Shown here: piece by piece, positions 1 to 11,860 of the stretch
Layout of the letters: each line of letters starts with the position of its first letter
Numbering within the stretch: the stretch's first letter is position 1
NCBI RefSeq assembly: GCF_006345805.1
Contig: NC_043000.1
Location: 42,718,001 to 42,782,000 of the forward strand
DNA: 64,000 nucleotides
Direction: 5' to 3'
Source of the DNA: Octopus sinensis
Lineage: Eukaryota
Made by a program: the position numbers and the translations under genes
The notes under the pieces: generated by a model
The model's input: only the letters and a program-made list of their open reading frames with translations
What the model was told of the DNA's origin: nothing
Databases searched by the model: none

Positions 1-478
1 TTCAGGCGTGTGCCTACACCATCTTTCTTCTGTTGTTATTCCATAGTGTTGGCATAGATTCCAGTGTATATAGATCCCAACTATAACGTGTCTGTTAATA
101 TATTCCTTCTTATCTAGGACTGGGCAGCCAGAAACAATCTGATTTATTGTTTTTTCTCCATCTCCATATATTCTGTAGTTACTTGTATTTCTTATCATTA
201 TATGTGTCTTGGGCATTTCTGGCGAGAAGGCTTCGATCTTGTGCTGCAAATAAAAACCCTTCAGTCTCTGCTTTGTTTCCTGAGCTTCTCAGCCATTGTT
301 GGGATTTTGCTTTCGTCTACTTCTTTTCTGTTTAGTTTAACCCAGTATTTACCATGAAGAGGCTTTTCTTGCATTCGCGTTACCATAACCCGTTGTTGTT
401 CCAGTTTTAGTCTTGATTTCAATTGTTTTACAACTTTTGTCATTTCGTCTTTTTTTTCATAGTCGTTAGGTACCTTTT
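1..478 (-). mobile_element. Degraded R4/Dong-like (RLE) LINE fragment, lineage B
   Basis: Minus-strand translation gives EKPLHGKY...GFLFAAQDRSLLARN and, in a shifted frame, ...SGCPVLDKKEYINRH..GIYIHWNLCQHYGITTEERW, homologous to 39001-39690 and 39826-41136. Contains frameshifts and runs off the window edge. Confidence 0.85.
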
Positions 479-489
479 GTATATTATTA

Positions 490-865
490 TTGAGTCAGAG
501 AGCAGTGCATGCCATTGAAGTAACACTAGGGTAAAATACACGAAGCCCAGTATACCCATCATGACTACCCGTGTGATAAGGGTAGTTTAAGGGTTGTTTA
601 AGAATGGTGAACCGAAGCACTCACGTTTCAAGACATAAATTATTCAAACCCGAAATAATTTCTTTCAACACATGGCTATGATGCTCCCCAACTATTTCTG
701 CTCGTGATCGGAGATGCACATATCGTTAGTCAGCCACCAAGGGACATACTCAACGGGTTAAAGTCAAACAACTGACAAGCAAATTTGTGGTATTGGGGAG
801 AATATTTGCTGTAGCTCATCTTTCACACCAAGAAAAGACATGTACATGATAACACTTCCAGTCAG
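490..865 (-). mobile_element. Non-coding (AAT)n-tailed retroposon-like element, copy A (internally deleted)
   Basis: Aligns by eye to 1014-1572 and to the reverse complement of 1712-2180; (ATT)n at the left edge is its tail on the minus strand. Confidence 0.8.
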
Positions 866-869
866 TTAA

Positions 870-1013
870 TTCGGCTGAGGTCGATATTTGCATTTCATAC
901 TTCAGGGTCGATAAAATAAGTACCGGTTGAGTACTGGGTCAATGTAATCGACTAGCCACTCACTTCCGTATTTCAGGCCTTGTGCGTATAATAGAAATTA
1001 TTATTATTATTAT
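870..1013 (+). mobile_element. SINE family 1, 3' half with tail B ending in (ATT)n
   Basis: GTCGATAAAATAAGTACC core, then TTTCAGGCCTTGTGCG..TAGAAA(TTA)n, as in the other copies. Confidence 0.75.
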
Positions 1014-1572
1014 TGAGTGAGAGAGAGCTGTGCATGCCATCAAAGTGACACTAGGGTAAAATATACGTATCCTAGTATACCTATCATGACTACACTTCTG
1101 ATAAGGGTACACCAGGCACATGCATCACGATCATATATGCGTGACATGTTAATATCATATCAAGATAAACAGCGCATGATCTTCCACTTGGGGCCCAGTT
1201 AGAATTTTCTTCTGGTTGAGTAGCCCATCCTGCTCCAAAGGTCCTTGAATAAGGATTGTTTAAGGATTCTGAACAAACCACCCCTGTTTCCAAAGGTGAA
1301 TTATCCAAACCTCTAAGAATTCCTTTCAACACACGGCTATGATGCTCCCCATCTACTTCTGCTTGTGATCAGAGATGTACATATCGTCAGCCACTAAGGG
1401 ACAAGGTCAACTTGTTACGGTCAAACAACTGACAAGCAAATCTGTGGTATTGAGCAGAATATTTGCTGTAGCCCATCTTTTATACCAAAACAAAACAATG
1501 TACATGACAACACTTCCAATCAGTTAAGATCAGAAGCTATGAGAGCCACTGTCTGGTACTGCATCAGGGCAT
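1014..1572 (-). mobile_element. Non-coding (AAT)n-tailed retroposon-like element, copy B (longest, about 560 bp)
   Basis: (ATT)n tracts on both sides; homologous to copies A and C. Confidence 0.8.
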
Positions 1573-1608
1573 TTATTATTATTATTATTATTATTATTGT
1601 TGTTGTTG

Positions 1609-1681
<73 letters not shown>

Positions 1682-1707
1682 CGTTGTTGTTGTTGTTGTT
1701 GTTGTTT
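1573..1707. repeat. (ATT)n/(GTT)n microsatellite
   Basis: Directly visible. Confidence 0.97.
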
Positions 1708-1711
1708 TTAT

Positions 1712-2179
1712 TAATGATGATGGGCTACAGCAAATATTCTGCTCAATACCACAGATTTGTTTGTCAGTTGTTTGACCTTAACGAGTTGACCATGTCCCTT
1801 AATGGCTGACGATATGTGCATCTCTGATCACGAGGAGAAGTTGTTGTGGTGCTTCAGAGCATTGTGTTGAGAGGGATTATTTGGGGTTTGAATAATTCAC
1901 CTCTGGAAACATGGATGTTTCGTTCAACATCCTTAAACAGCCCTTATTCAGGGACCTTTCGAGTGGGATAGGTTACTCGACCAGAAGAAAATTCTAAATA
2001 GACCCCACCTGCAAGGTCATGTGCTGATTATCTTGATATGAGATCACCATGTCGCGCACATATGGCTGCGATGTACGTGCCTAGTGTACCCTTATCAGAC
2101 GGTTAGTCATGATGAGTATACGAGGCTTCGTATATTTTACTCCAGTGTCACTTTGATGGCATGCCCTGCTCTCACACTC

Positions 2180-2180
<1 letters not shown>
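1712..2180 (+). mobile_element. Non-coding (AAT)n-tailed retroposon-like element, copy C (5' truncated, inverted relative to B)
   Basis: Reverse complement of copy B; ends CTCTCACACTC(AAT)n. Confidence 0.8.
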
Positions 2181-2246
<66 letters not shown>

Positions 2247-2247
<1 letters not shown>

Positions 2248-2622
2248 AGAAAATATAAAGACCTACTCATTGAAATTGAGAAAATGTGGCATCTCAAGGC
2301 GGTTACAATACCAGTGATCGTAGGAGCACTAGGAATGATCAAGAAGGGAACCGAAAATTATATGAGAATGATCCCTGGCTTACCATCCCTGCAAGAAGTG
2401 CAAAAGATTGTCTTAACTGGTACATCACACGTATTGAGAAGAGCATTGTCGATGTGAGAACTGTTGCTGCGCATGTATTTTAATTTAACTTAAAAAAAAA
2501 AAATGAACGAACTATTGAGTTTGGTTTAATGGCCTACCAATGTATACTATGAGTTTCTTTGCCCTAAGGGTCGGGAAGACACTCGGCAAGAAATGGAAGC
2601 AATTTGAAAGAAGAAAAAAAAG
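2247..2622 (+). mobile_element. R4/Dong-like LINE lineage A, 376-bp 3' end, copy 1
   Basis: Near-identical to 41066-41452; encodes KYKDLLIEIEKMWHLKAVTIPVIVGALGMIKK...LSM* plus the 3' UTR; (AAT)n on both sides. Confidence 0.93.
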
Positions 2623-2713
2623 TAATAATAATAATAATAATAGTAATAATAACAATAATACTAATAATAATAATAATAAATAATAATAATAATAATAATA
2701 ATATATAATAATA

Positions 2714-3089
2714 CAGAAAATATAAAGACCTACTCATTGAAATTGAGAAAATGTGGCATCTCAAGGCGGTTACAATACCAGTGATCGTAGGAGCACTAGG
2801 AATGATCAAGAAGGGAACCGAAAATTATATGAGAATGATCCCTGGCTTACCATCCCTGCAAGAAGTGCAAAAGATTGTCTTAACTGGTACATCACACGTA
2901 TGAGAAGAGCATTGTCGATGTGAGAACTGTTGCTGCGCATGTATTTTAATTTAACTTAAAAAAAAAAAATGAACGAACTATTGAGTTTGGTTTAATGGCC
3001 TACCAATGTATACTATGAGTTTCTTTGCCCTAAGGGTCGGGAAGATACTCGGCAAGAAATGGAAGCAAATTTGAAAGAAGAAAAAAAAG
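2714..3089 (+). mobile_element. R4/Dong-like LINE lineage A, 376-bp 3' end, copy 2
   Basis: Tandem repeat of 2247-2622 with the same 5' truncation point (CAGAAAATATAAAG). Confidence 0.93.
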
Positions 3090-3120
3090 TAATAATAATA
3101 ATAATAATAGTAATAATAAC

Positions 3121-3190
<70 letters not shown>

Positions 3191-3215
3191 TAATAATAAT
3201 AACTTAATAATAATA
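3090..3215. repeat. (AAT)n microsatellite (LINE tail)
   Basis: Directly visible. Confidence 0.97.
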
Positions 3216-3883
3216 GTAATCATACGAATTGGTTGAAAGCAAAGTGTTCCCCTATGCTGTGCTAGGAAAATATGTGTCCGCCCTCCCATTACTTTTTGTA
3301 CGTCTTCAATTTGGCAGGACCTCAACTAATAAGTTTGCTCAATCACAGCTAACCTACGGCTGAAGGAACAAAATATAAAGCAGCAACAACGGTAGCAGTA
3401 GTGGCAACAGCGACAGCATAAGCAGCAGCAACAACAGAGGCGGAAACGGAAGAAGCAGGAGTAGCTGACAATAAGAACAAAAATTGCTCTAGCTGTTCGA
3501 ATGAATCAATTCTGAGAAATAGATTGAAAGCTTCACTGCATACATATTCCAAAGAGATACGAACATACATGAAGAGAGATAATAGCCGAACACACCTTGA
3601 AGCCTACACGCCTACGAACAGAATAAGATAATACGTGTTTATAAATCATTTGTTCATCATATTCCGTAGAGAACTAAAACGAACAAACGTTTAAAACACA
3701 TATAAGTACATAATTAAGGTGAATACATACAAATGTCCTCAGGTATTGAGAGATTAACGATGCTGAGAAATAGGCCAATGTTAAAAAGAATAGTGTGGAA
3801 AAAAAAGACTAACAGCAAAACCAATATATATTACTATTATTAGTAATATTAAAGTACTTTTTAAATTTCAATTATCGGTTTTA

Positions 3884-3899
3884 AAATACTACTACTACA

Positions 3900-3963
<64 letters not shown>

Positions 3964-3978
3964 ACAACAACAACAACA
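3884..3978. repeat. (CTA)n/(CAA)n microsatellite
   Basis: Directly visible. Confidence 0.97.
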
Positions 3979-4284
3979 AAAATAATATTTGCTAGTGACG
4001 ATCGTGACGACGACGATGGTGATAAGAATATTGTTCTATTTTTTATATTCATATCAAGAATTAATTGGGGCGGATGTTGTTCTCAAGTGTACTAAGTACT
4101 GGCATAATTCCTCAAACGCTGACAGCTAAATTATACAGTAATGTCATCGTTATAATTCTCCTCACTTCCCTCAATATTTCGTTAAAGTGTCTCAGGAATA
4201 AAAAAAAACAAGGAGGTATACACTAAAGCTACACACAAAATACATAAGCACACTCTTACAAACGATCAAACTTACAAGTACATG

Positions 4285-4315
<31 letters not shown>

Positions 4316-4605
4316 GTTGTGTGTGTAAATTTTTAAAATATATTTCTATTCTTAAGCATACACTCACATACAAACATGGTCACACACTGTCATACACATT
4401 TGTTTGTATATAGGTAGAAGTATATGGATATGTTTGCTTCCATTACTTCAGTTTTTCTAGATGCTCAATGCGACGTCCAAGCCTGTTTATAAACCACAAG
4501 GGAAGTCTTACTGATCGAAATTTCAAGAAACGTGAACTAACATTTGAAAGCCTCAGTAAAATATATACAATTATTGTCTTCATCATGTATTAAATATTTT
4601 CCCAT

Positions 4606-4801
<196 letters not shown>

Positions 4802-4802
4802 T

Positions 4803-4965
4803 CACAGGAGTAGGTGCGTGGTAAGAAGCTCGCTTCCCAACCACAAGGTTCCGGGTTCAGTCCCACTGCGTGGCACGATGGGCAAGTTTCTCCTACTATA
4901 GCCTCGTGCAGACCAACGCCTTGTGAGTGGATTTGGTAGCCGGAAAACTGAAAGAAGCACGTCGT
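4803..4965 (+). mobile_element. tRNA-derived SINE family 2, 5' part
   Basis: A-box-like TGGTAAGAAG, B-box-like GGTTCAGTCCC, then GCGTGGCAC..TGGGCAAG; homologous to 42290-42660. Confidence 0.85.
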
Positions 4966-4973
4966 ATATATAC

Positions 4974-5010
<37 letters not shown>

Positions 5011-5299
5011 AAATTGTTAGATCACCTATGAACAAAACCCAGATATTTTGTATATGTATACATCTGTTTGTTTTTTATACACCAACTTTCGTGTTTTGTT
5101 TATTTATAAATTCCCACTATAAACATATATATATATATATATATATATAACGAGGCAGTGTTATTGTAACCATCAGAGCAGTTCTAACTCAGTAGTACCA
5201 CCATTCAAACACATGGTCTCTAAAGAAAATACATTATACAATAGAATCTTCCCTTTCTAAATGTGATGCACCATTCAATTGGCAGCAAGATGCTATTTT

Positions 5300-5715
5300 T
5301 TGAAAGTCGAATGATCACATAATACTTCTCTCGCTGGAGCGTCGAAGTATTTTGATCATATTTGATCAACTAAGGTAATGAACTAGAGGGAAATTTCCAG
5401 GTATGACCATTCGTTTCTAGGTACACCTATTAATGTTGGATCCTTTCTTTAAGATGGCTAAGTATGATTTTTGAAGCATTTTGGCATTTATTTCTAGCAT
5501 GTTCAACTGGGTATTCCATAGACAATCAGTCCTTGGCTTCTCAAGTGTATTGTTCTTTAGCACACATTCTCTCAGTTTTGTTTTCTTTTTTTCGTTTCCA
5601 GCTGTCTTTCTGACTTGCTCAAGAATTTGCTGCAGTATATACGTATCTTACTGCATTTATGCCATCAATTATGACATTTTTCAAGTATTGCACCAGCTCT
5701 TCTGTGTATTATAAT
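5300..5715 (-). pseudogene. Possible degraded hAT transposase fragment
   Basis: Minus frames give AILEKCH and ILEQVRKTAGNEKKKTKLREC..LEKPRTDCLWNTQLNMLE, loosely resembling the hAT P..TRWNS..ML motif. Weak, by-eye similarity. Confidence 0.3.
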
Positions 5716-6367
5716 TCAATTCATCCATTCTAACCAATACAGGAATATACGTTGAGTGATTAATAACATTCTGAGCATTGTTTTTCCACACGCAAATTTG
5801 AAAAGAATATGACATATTTCTCAATGTCATTACGCTATAAACTATGAGGATATATGGTCTATGTTGATATTTCTTTTCTTACTTTTATTGATATGTTTTA
5901 TGATTTTATTTGCTTCCCTGATCTTTATGCATTAAAGAGCTGACAGTAATATATTTTATATAAGATTGTTTTCAACATCTATCATTGTTGTCTAAACTTT
6001 CTAATAACAATTCGCTCGCAGTATTAGTCATTTTGTGAATTGATTGAAAGATAACTACTTGGATATTGTTGGTGCTAAGGTTCTTGTTGTTGCAAAAAAA
6101 CATCCAATCACTTTAAAAATGATACCAGGCAACTGGAGAAAGTAGACCTTGTTACACACAGAACTGGGTTATTTAGGGCAATATGAGTTGTCCGCAAAAT
6201 TTTAATTTAAAATAACTTTTTAATCTAGAGTGATTTTAACCTACTCATGAAAACCTGCTTCGGTAGTTTTCTTCAAAAGAATTATATAATTCTCAACGCT
6301 TTGGTCTAATTGGCGAGAATTATAATTGATAATGACAACAACCACATTAATAATATAATGATGATGT

Positions 6368-6413
<46 letters not shown>

Positions 6414-6414
6414 A

Positions 6415-6955
6415 AAACAGAAAAAAGAACATAAATTATCTGACTCGCAGGAGAAGGCGTTGCATAGCAGATTTTCAAAGGTAGTTGCAGCAAATAGTAG
6501 TAGTGAAACATGGTTATAAATGAATATGTCAAGACCTACCAAAAACTGAGCAAGTATAAAGATCTTAAATAGAAATTGGCAAAATGTGGAACCTGAAGAC
6601 TAAAATAATACCTGTTGTCGTAGGTACCCTGGAAATGATAGCAAAATGGCTGATTGGTACCTAGCACAGATACCAGTAAACCCCAAAATGGCAGAAATTC
6701 AAGCGATAGTGCTCATGGGAACTGCCCATATTCTACATAAAATACTGTCTATATAATCTCAAATTTTAAAACAAACTCATAATTTTCCTATGTTTTCTTA
6801 AACATTTTCTAAAACAATACTATGTACGAAACCAAATATGTTGGCATAACACCAACATGAACTTCTAACTTGTTGTCTCTTGTGGTCTCTGGATGAGACT
6901 TGGATCCAGCGTGTACAAATGCAAAACAAAAGCCAGACTTAAAATAATAATAGTA
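6415..6955 (+). mobile_element. R4/Dong-like LINE fragment, lineage C (internally deleted)
   Basis: EKALHSRF..SSETWL joined to KLSKYKDL.IEIGKMWNLKTKIIPVVVG..QAIVLMGTAHILHKILSI*, then a 3' UTR and AATAATAAT tail. Confidence 0.8.
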
Positions 6956-6964
6956 ACAATCATA

Positions 6965-7172
6965 ATCTTTTCTACCGGCGCCACAAGGCTTGAAATTTCT
7001 GATGTGGGGAACTAGTCGATTATATCGGCCCCAGTAGTTCGCTGGTACTTATTTTATCGATCCCGAAAAGATGAAAGGCAAAGTCGACCTTGACGGAATT
7101 TCTACACAGACGGATGAAAAGCTGCCAGGAATTTTGCCCGCCGTGCTGATGATTCTACCAGCTTACCGCCTT
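6965..7172 (-). mobile_element. SINE family 1, tail B
   Basis: Reverse complement has the AAGGCGG..GCTGG head and the GCCTTTCATC..GGGATCGATAAAATAAGTACC core. Confidence 0.8.
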
Positions 7173-7174
7173 TA

Positions 7175-7207
7175 ATAATAATAATAATGATAATAATAAT
7201 AATAATA

Positions 7208-7248
<41 letters not shown>

Positions 7249-7345
7249 AATGATGATGACGACGACGACGACGATGACAACAACAACAACATCAGCAGCA
7301 GCAATAACAACAACAACGACAACAACAACAACAACAATAATAATA
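7175..7345. repeat. Compound (AAT)(GAT)(GAC)(AAC)n microsatellite
   Basis: Directly visible. Confidence 0.95.
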
Positions 7346-8227
7346 ATACGTAAAATAGCTCGTACGAGTAAAATGTTAACAGCCACTTCACAGTCTTAGC
7401 TCGTGGCTTATATGTATGTATGGATGTATGTATGTATGTATGTATGTATGCATGCATGCATGCATGTATGTATGTATATTTGCATGCATGTATTCATGCT
7501 TGTATGTATGTAAGCATGCATGTATTTATGCTTGTGTGTATATATGCATATATACCATGCATTCGCTCATTGTTTTAAGTGCCTATGTAGATGGAACTTA
7601 AAACCACACCCGCTTCAGCAGTGGATTATCATGGTGTGACAGCTGGGATGTGGGTGTTTAAAAGCTCTACCAATGCTAGGTTACTACCGATCTTCCACTT
7701 ATAAATTCGAAGCAATATGTAATGAAGAGCCATACTCATTGGGACTAGTCGCTTCCCGATCTAGAAACCGAACCCATGACTTTAGGTTCGTGAGCCCAAC
7801 ATCCTATCCGCTAGATCACGCACCCGTCTTAGCATGAAGATAAAGAGAATAACACACCACTGGCCGAAAGGTTTTCCAATAACGATTTTCAAGTCCCAAC
7901 AGGAAAATCAGCGTCGCTTAATCTGTGCGTGCAAAAGTGCGCGCGCTCACACACACACACATCTGATGCACGCAATCTACAACAGCATAACTCATGTCAG
8001 AGTTATAGTTGATGTTGTTGATACACCGATGGGATTCTTCTGTACTAATACATGTATCTGTATACATTTTGATAATTGGATTCATGATAAATGAGAGGAA
8101 GTGTAATATCCTGTCTTTGTAAGAAAGCACAGAGGGCAAATGCATGTGGTGAAAAGATCAGTGGCTAGGGATAGGATTCGTTCTACTCCCTAACAATACA
8201 ATGATGATATAATTTATTTCCTGCAAT

Positions 8228-10518
8228 CTATGCTCTGTTAATTCGTTCCGTTAGAAGCTGCAATAACACTAACTTAGGCACATTCGACTGCCTGTCAATA
8301 CTTTCGTGCTCTTCTTGTGTTAATTCATTCATATCATCATCTTCTGTAATTAAGTACACTATACACATTATAAATAGTTTGTCGTCTAACATCATATTAC
8401 ACTTACAATACCGAATCACAATATAAATTTGTTTTTGCTACGGCTTTTTTTTCTTTCTTATTTATAAAGTTCCCTACTGACCATCCTAATGGTATCCTTT
8501 TTCGCTTCTTACTGTATTTTCCTGTATGATAATTGATATTTGACTATAACTGTGAAATATTTGCCTACTGAAAGTGGGAAGGACGAAAAACCGTAGTAAA
8601 AAGAATAGTCGTATTGAAAACAATTTTTAATGACATATTACAACATCGACATAATTTTCAGTTCGAGACCCGTAACTTTGCTTCGAGATATCCAGAGCTT
8701 CATAACGAAATTGTTTAAAAAGAAACAGTGCCAATGAACGATAGTAGGGATATGTCTTTACTACTGTGAAGATTGAATACTTCGCCTCTTTTAACATGGC
8801 CTTCTGTTCCTTGGATTACACGTAGCAGAGTCAATGCTATTGCTTAGGTCCGAACCATAAATTTTAACTGAAGACAGAAAGAACATTTCTTGTCACCAAC
8901 TATCTTGGTAATGAGCAAATAGTAATGAGCGCTGCCGTTCATATTCTGTTTAGAGCATGATACGTGAATAATATTTCAAAAATTGTCAGAGATTCGTTCT
9001 ATATAAAAGATTCTTTACAATTAAGAAGGAAATTGTAATATTTGAATCACGCACATTTATGTACATGCATCATTGTGCATATCTATCTGCAGATATGCAT
9101 ACATGTGTGTATGTGTGTAGGGGTATTAGTGTATGTGTGTGCGTGCAATGACATTATTTCCACAGTCGAAACACATTAAGACCCTAAGATCACACAGTTC
9201 GAATGCGATATAGATTTCTACTTGATTCTGCGAAATTACTGTTTTTGCACGGTGCCGTACCCAGCAGAGCATATTTCTTGGAAGTTTGCGTGCTAGAAAT
9301 TTGATAGGAACAATTTTTTTATAATGTCACCTTAAGTGTAACTAAGATGGAAATATATACAAAGTCATGCACATTCGTAACAATGAGGCTTTTGACGGAA
9401 AAAAATTAATATCTGTTCGTGTCTAACACTCAACCAGAGCAGACATTAGCTGAGACAAGAGGTAAAAAATGTAACGCTGTCGATGCAGCAAAACAAACTG
9501 TGTCTCATACACAAATACACATTATGTAAAATGCATTCATATGACACATGCAATATGAAGACATTTCACACAAATATATTCTTATTCACACACATGAGAT
9601 CATACACACACATTCATATCACCATGCACTTTTACAAAAGAAGATTGAAAATTTTTTCAATTCACACACAGACAAAAGAGAAAGTGCAGGAACTAGAGAT
9701 TCGTTTTACAATATCAGCATATTTTTTAAAATGTTATTCCTTTGCGAAATTTGAAGATCTTTTCAAAAAGCTGTGTCGGTATGTTTTGTGTAAAATGGAA
9801 GCGGCTTTCATTTTCAATTTTGACGCAACACAGTGAACTATCTAATGCGATGGTTAGAAAGAATTATATAATAAGTTTAGGAGGGCTTTTCAAAGGTGTG
9901 TGTATGACAGGCAGGTCGCTAAAAACACAGTATCGTCGTAATTCTGTTGTGTCATTTTTAGAAAGAAATTGAGAAAGGGAGGGAGAGAGAGAATGTGTGA
10001 GAGAGAGTGAAAGAGAGAGAGGAGAGAGAAAAAGAGAAGGAGAGTGAGAGAGAGAAAGAGAAAGCGAAAAATTATTTAAATAGAAATTAAGAAATGTATG
10101 TCACAACGAGTTGGAAAGTAAAAAAAATTGAGAGATCTCAGGAATCGTGGAACACAGTGACAAATAGTTCAGTCGCAATTAAGGTGACTTTTATTTTTAA
10201 AACTTTTTTGAGAGTCGAACATTCTAGGTGCGTATATCTTCACAAAAATGTTCCAAGAAGTTTCTCCGAATTTTGACACTAACATAAGAAATTTAATTTT
10301 AAATGTGTCGACACCACTTATATTCACAACTGAATGTATTTTGTCGCAGTCAGCATCAGCAGGCGAGTTGATCAACTGAATTTCCGTTGCTCCCTGAGTG
10401 AAGGATTGTCACATATAGAAATATGGAAGATTCAAGAAAAAGAAGGATGATGTGAGATGAAATCCAGAAAGCGATCACTTACACACATTATGAGAAAAAC
10501 AACCACACTCACAGACAT
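8228..10518 (-). CDS. Candidate small multi-exon gene (signal-peptide exon 10518-10483, exon from 10393, terminal exon 8343-8228)
   Basis: ATG then MSVSVVVFLIMC, an 89-nt GTAAGT...pyrimidine-rich...CAG intron, and an in-frame continuation GATEIQLINSPADADCDK. A separate acceptor TTAATTACAG precedes EDDDMNELTQEEHESIDRQ...*, with AATAAA 10 nt after the stop. No homology recognised and exon linkage unproven. Confidence 0.3.
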
Positions 10519-11029
10519 TCGTAATGCAAAGCGGTCGTTTTTTTAAAATTTGCTTAATATCCCATTATGAATATCAGTTATGAATATCATTATGAATATC
10601 AGGAATACGAGCTTGTCGATAAGAGCTTGTATGAAATTTTGGAACTTTTAATACTCCCGATGAGCAGATTTATGTTTACGAAATGTACTAAAAGAGACCT
10701 GCGTGTTCTGTAGGAACTAAAGTTTTTGATGTTGTTTTTATCCTGTGTCACAGTATTAAGTCTTCATCTCTTGAGAGTAATTAAATTTCGTTTGAACTGC
10801 TGAATACGACAGTTCATTTTATTTTTTTTCAAATGTAGCAATAAATATGAGAAGTTGCTGCAACACATTTAATCTGTAATATATATATATATATATCCAT
10901 GCGCGGCGCGCGTGCACACGCACACACTCACGCACACACACATATACACACACACGCACGCACGCACACACATACAACCCCCCACACATACACTTCTAGA
11001 GTTCAAGGAAGCAAAGGCGGGAAGAGTTC

Positions 11030-11160
11030 AATTCGTTTAATCAAGTCTCTATTTGGTACTTCCATGTCTGCTAGGGACTGTACCTTGCCACTTTTTAGGT
11101 AGATTATTCCGCACTTCTTCATCAGTACCAAAACAGTACTAATATCAATTCTAAAACAGT
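11030..11160 (-). mobile_element. R4/Dong-like LINE RT remnant
   Basis: FRIDISTVLVLMKKCGIIYLKSGKVQSLADMEVPNRDLIKRIE resembles KGKVKTTNSVVLDVDTVIRELE at the start of the 39826 ORF. Confidence 0.55.
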
Positions 11161-11212
11161 GGTCCGTGTTCACGCACGCACACACACGCACGCACACACA
11201 CACACACACACA

Positions 11213-11269
<57 letters not shown>

Positions 11270-11429
11270 TGGAAGCGTTAGGTAGGTTTTTGAGGAGAAT
11301 TCTTTCAAGTGGCGTAGCTTTCTTCTAATTTTTTTTTACCTTAATTTTCAGATAAACTGAAACGCTTGCACAGGATTCTAATACCATCAAGTTGTACACA
11401 TGACGTTATACTAAAATTTCAAGAAATAA

Positions 11430-11860
11430 TTGGTAAGTAGACATGTAGACATTGCAAAGTATTTAAGGTTCCAGAATGTATTCTAAGAAGAACTGTGAAT
11501 GGGGACACCTGGTATAAATTGTATGTGATGTAGAGGTGTCAGTTTATGCCAAACGTGACAAAAAGCCGTTCGATCTGTGCAAAACGCTGGCTAAATAAGT
11601 TAGAATACCAAGAGACCGAAGTGCTTTAGTTTTTTTTTCCTATGAGAAAATGCCAATTAGGACCAACAGGTAAGCCAATGGAACGAGATTTCGTTATGCG
11701 GAGACTCGAATGAGGTTCCAACAGTCATACATACTAAGTTTCTAGCAACAACAATGGTACTGGGAATCTTCAGCAACGAGGGAGTGGTCTTACTAAGGAC
11801 GGTGATTTTCGTTCAGCACTCTGGAGGACGAAAACCATAGCTTGACAAAGTGCAGATAAA
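11430..11860 (+). mobile_element. Degraded maT/DD37D mariner transposase
   Basis: LVFFSYEK (first-D motif, mutated) ...SNEVPTVIHTKFLATTMVLGIFSNEG, typical of the maT catalytic domain; multiple stops. Confidence 0.7.

Noticed and set aside
1090-1332. 80-aa ORF inside the 560-bp element
   Set aside because: The equivalent frame in copy C has stop codons, so coding is not conserved.
3349-3570. Ala/Val-rich 73-aa ORF
   Set aside because: Degenerate GCA/GTA trinucleotide tract.
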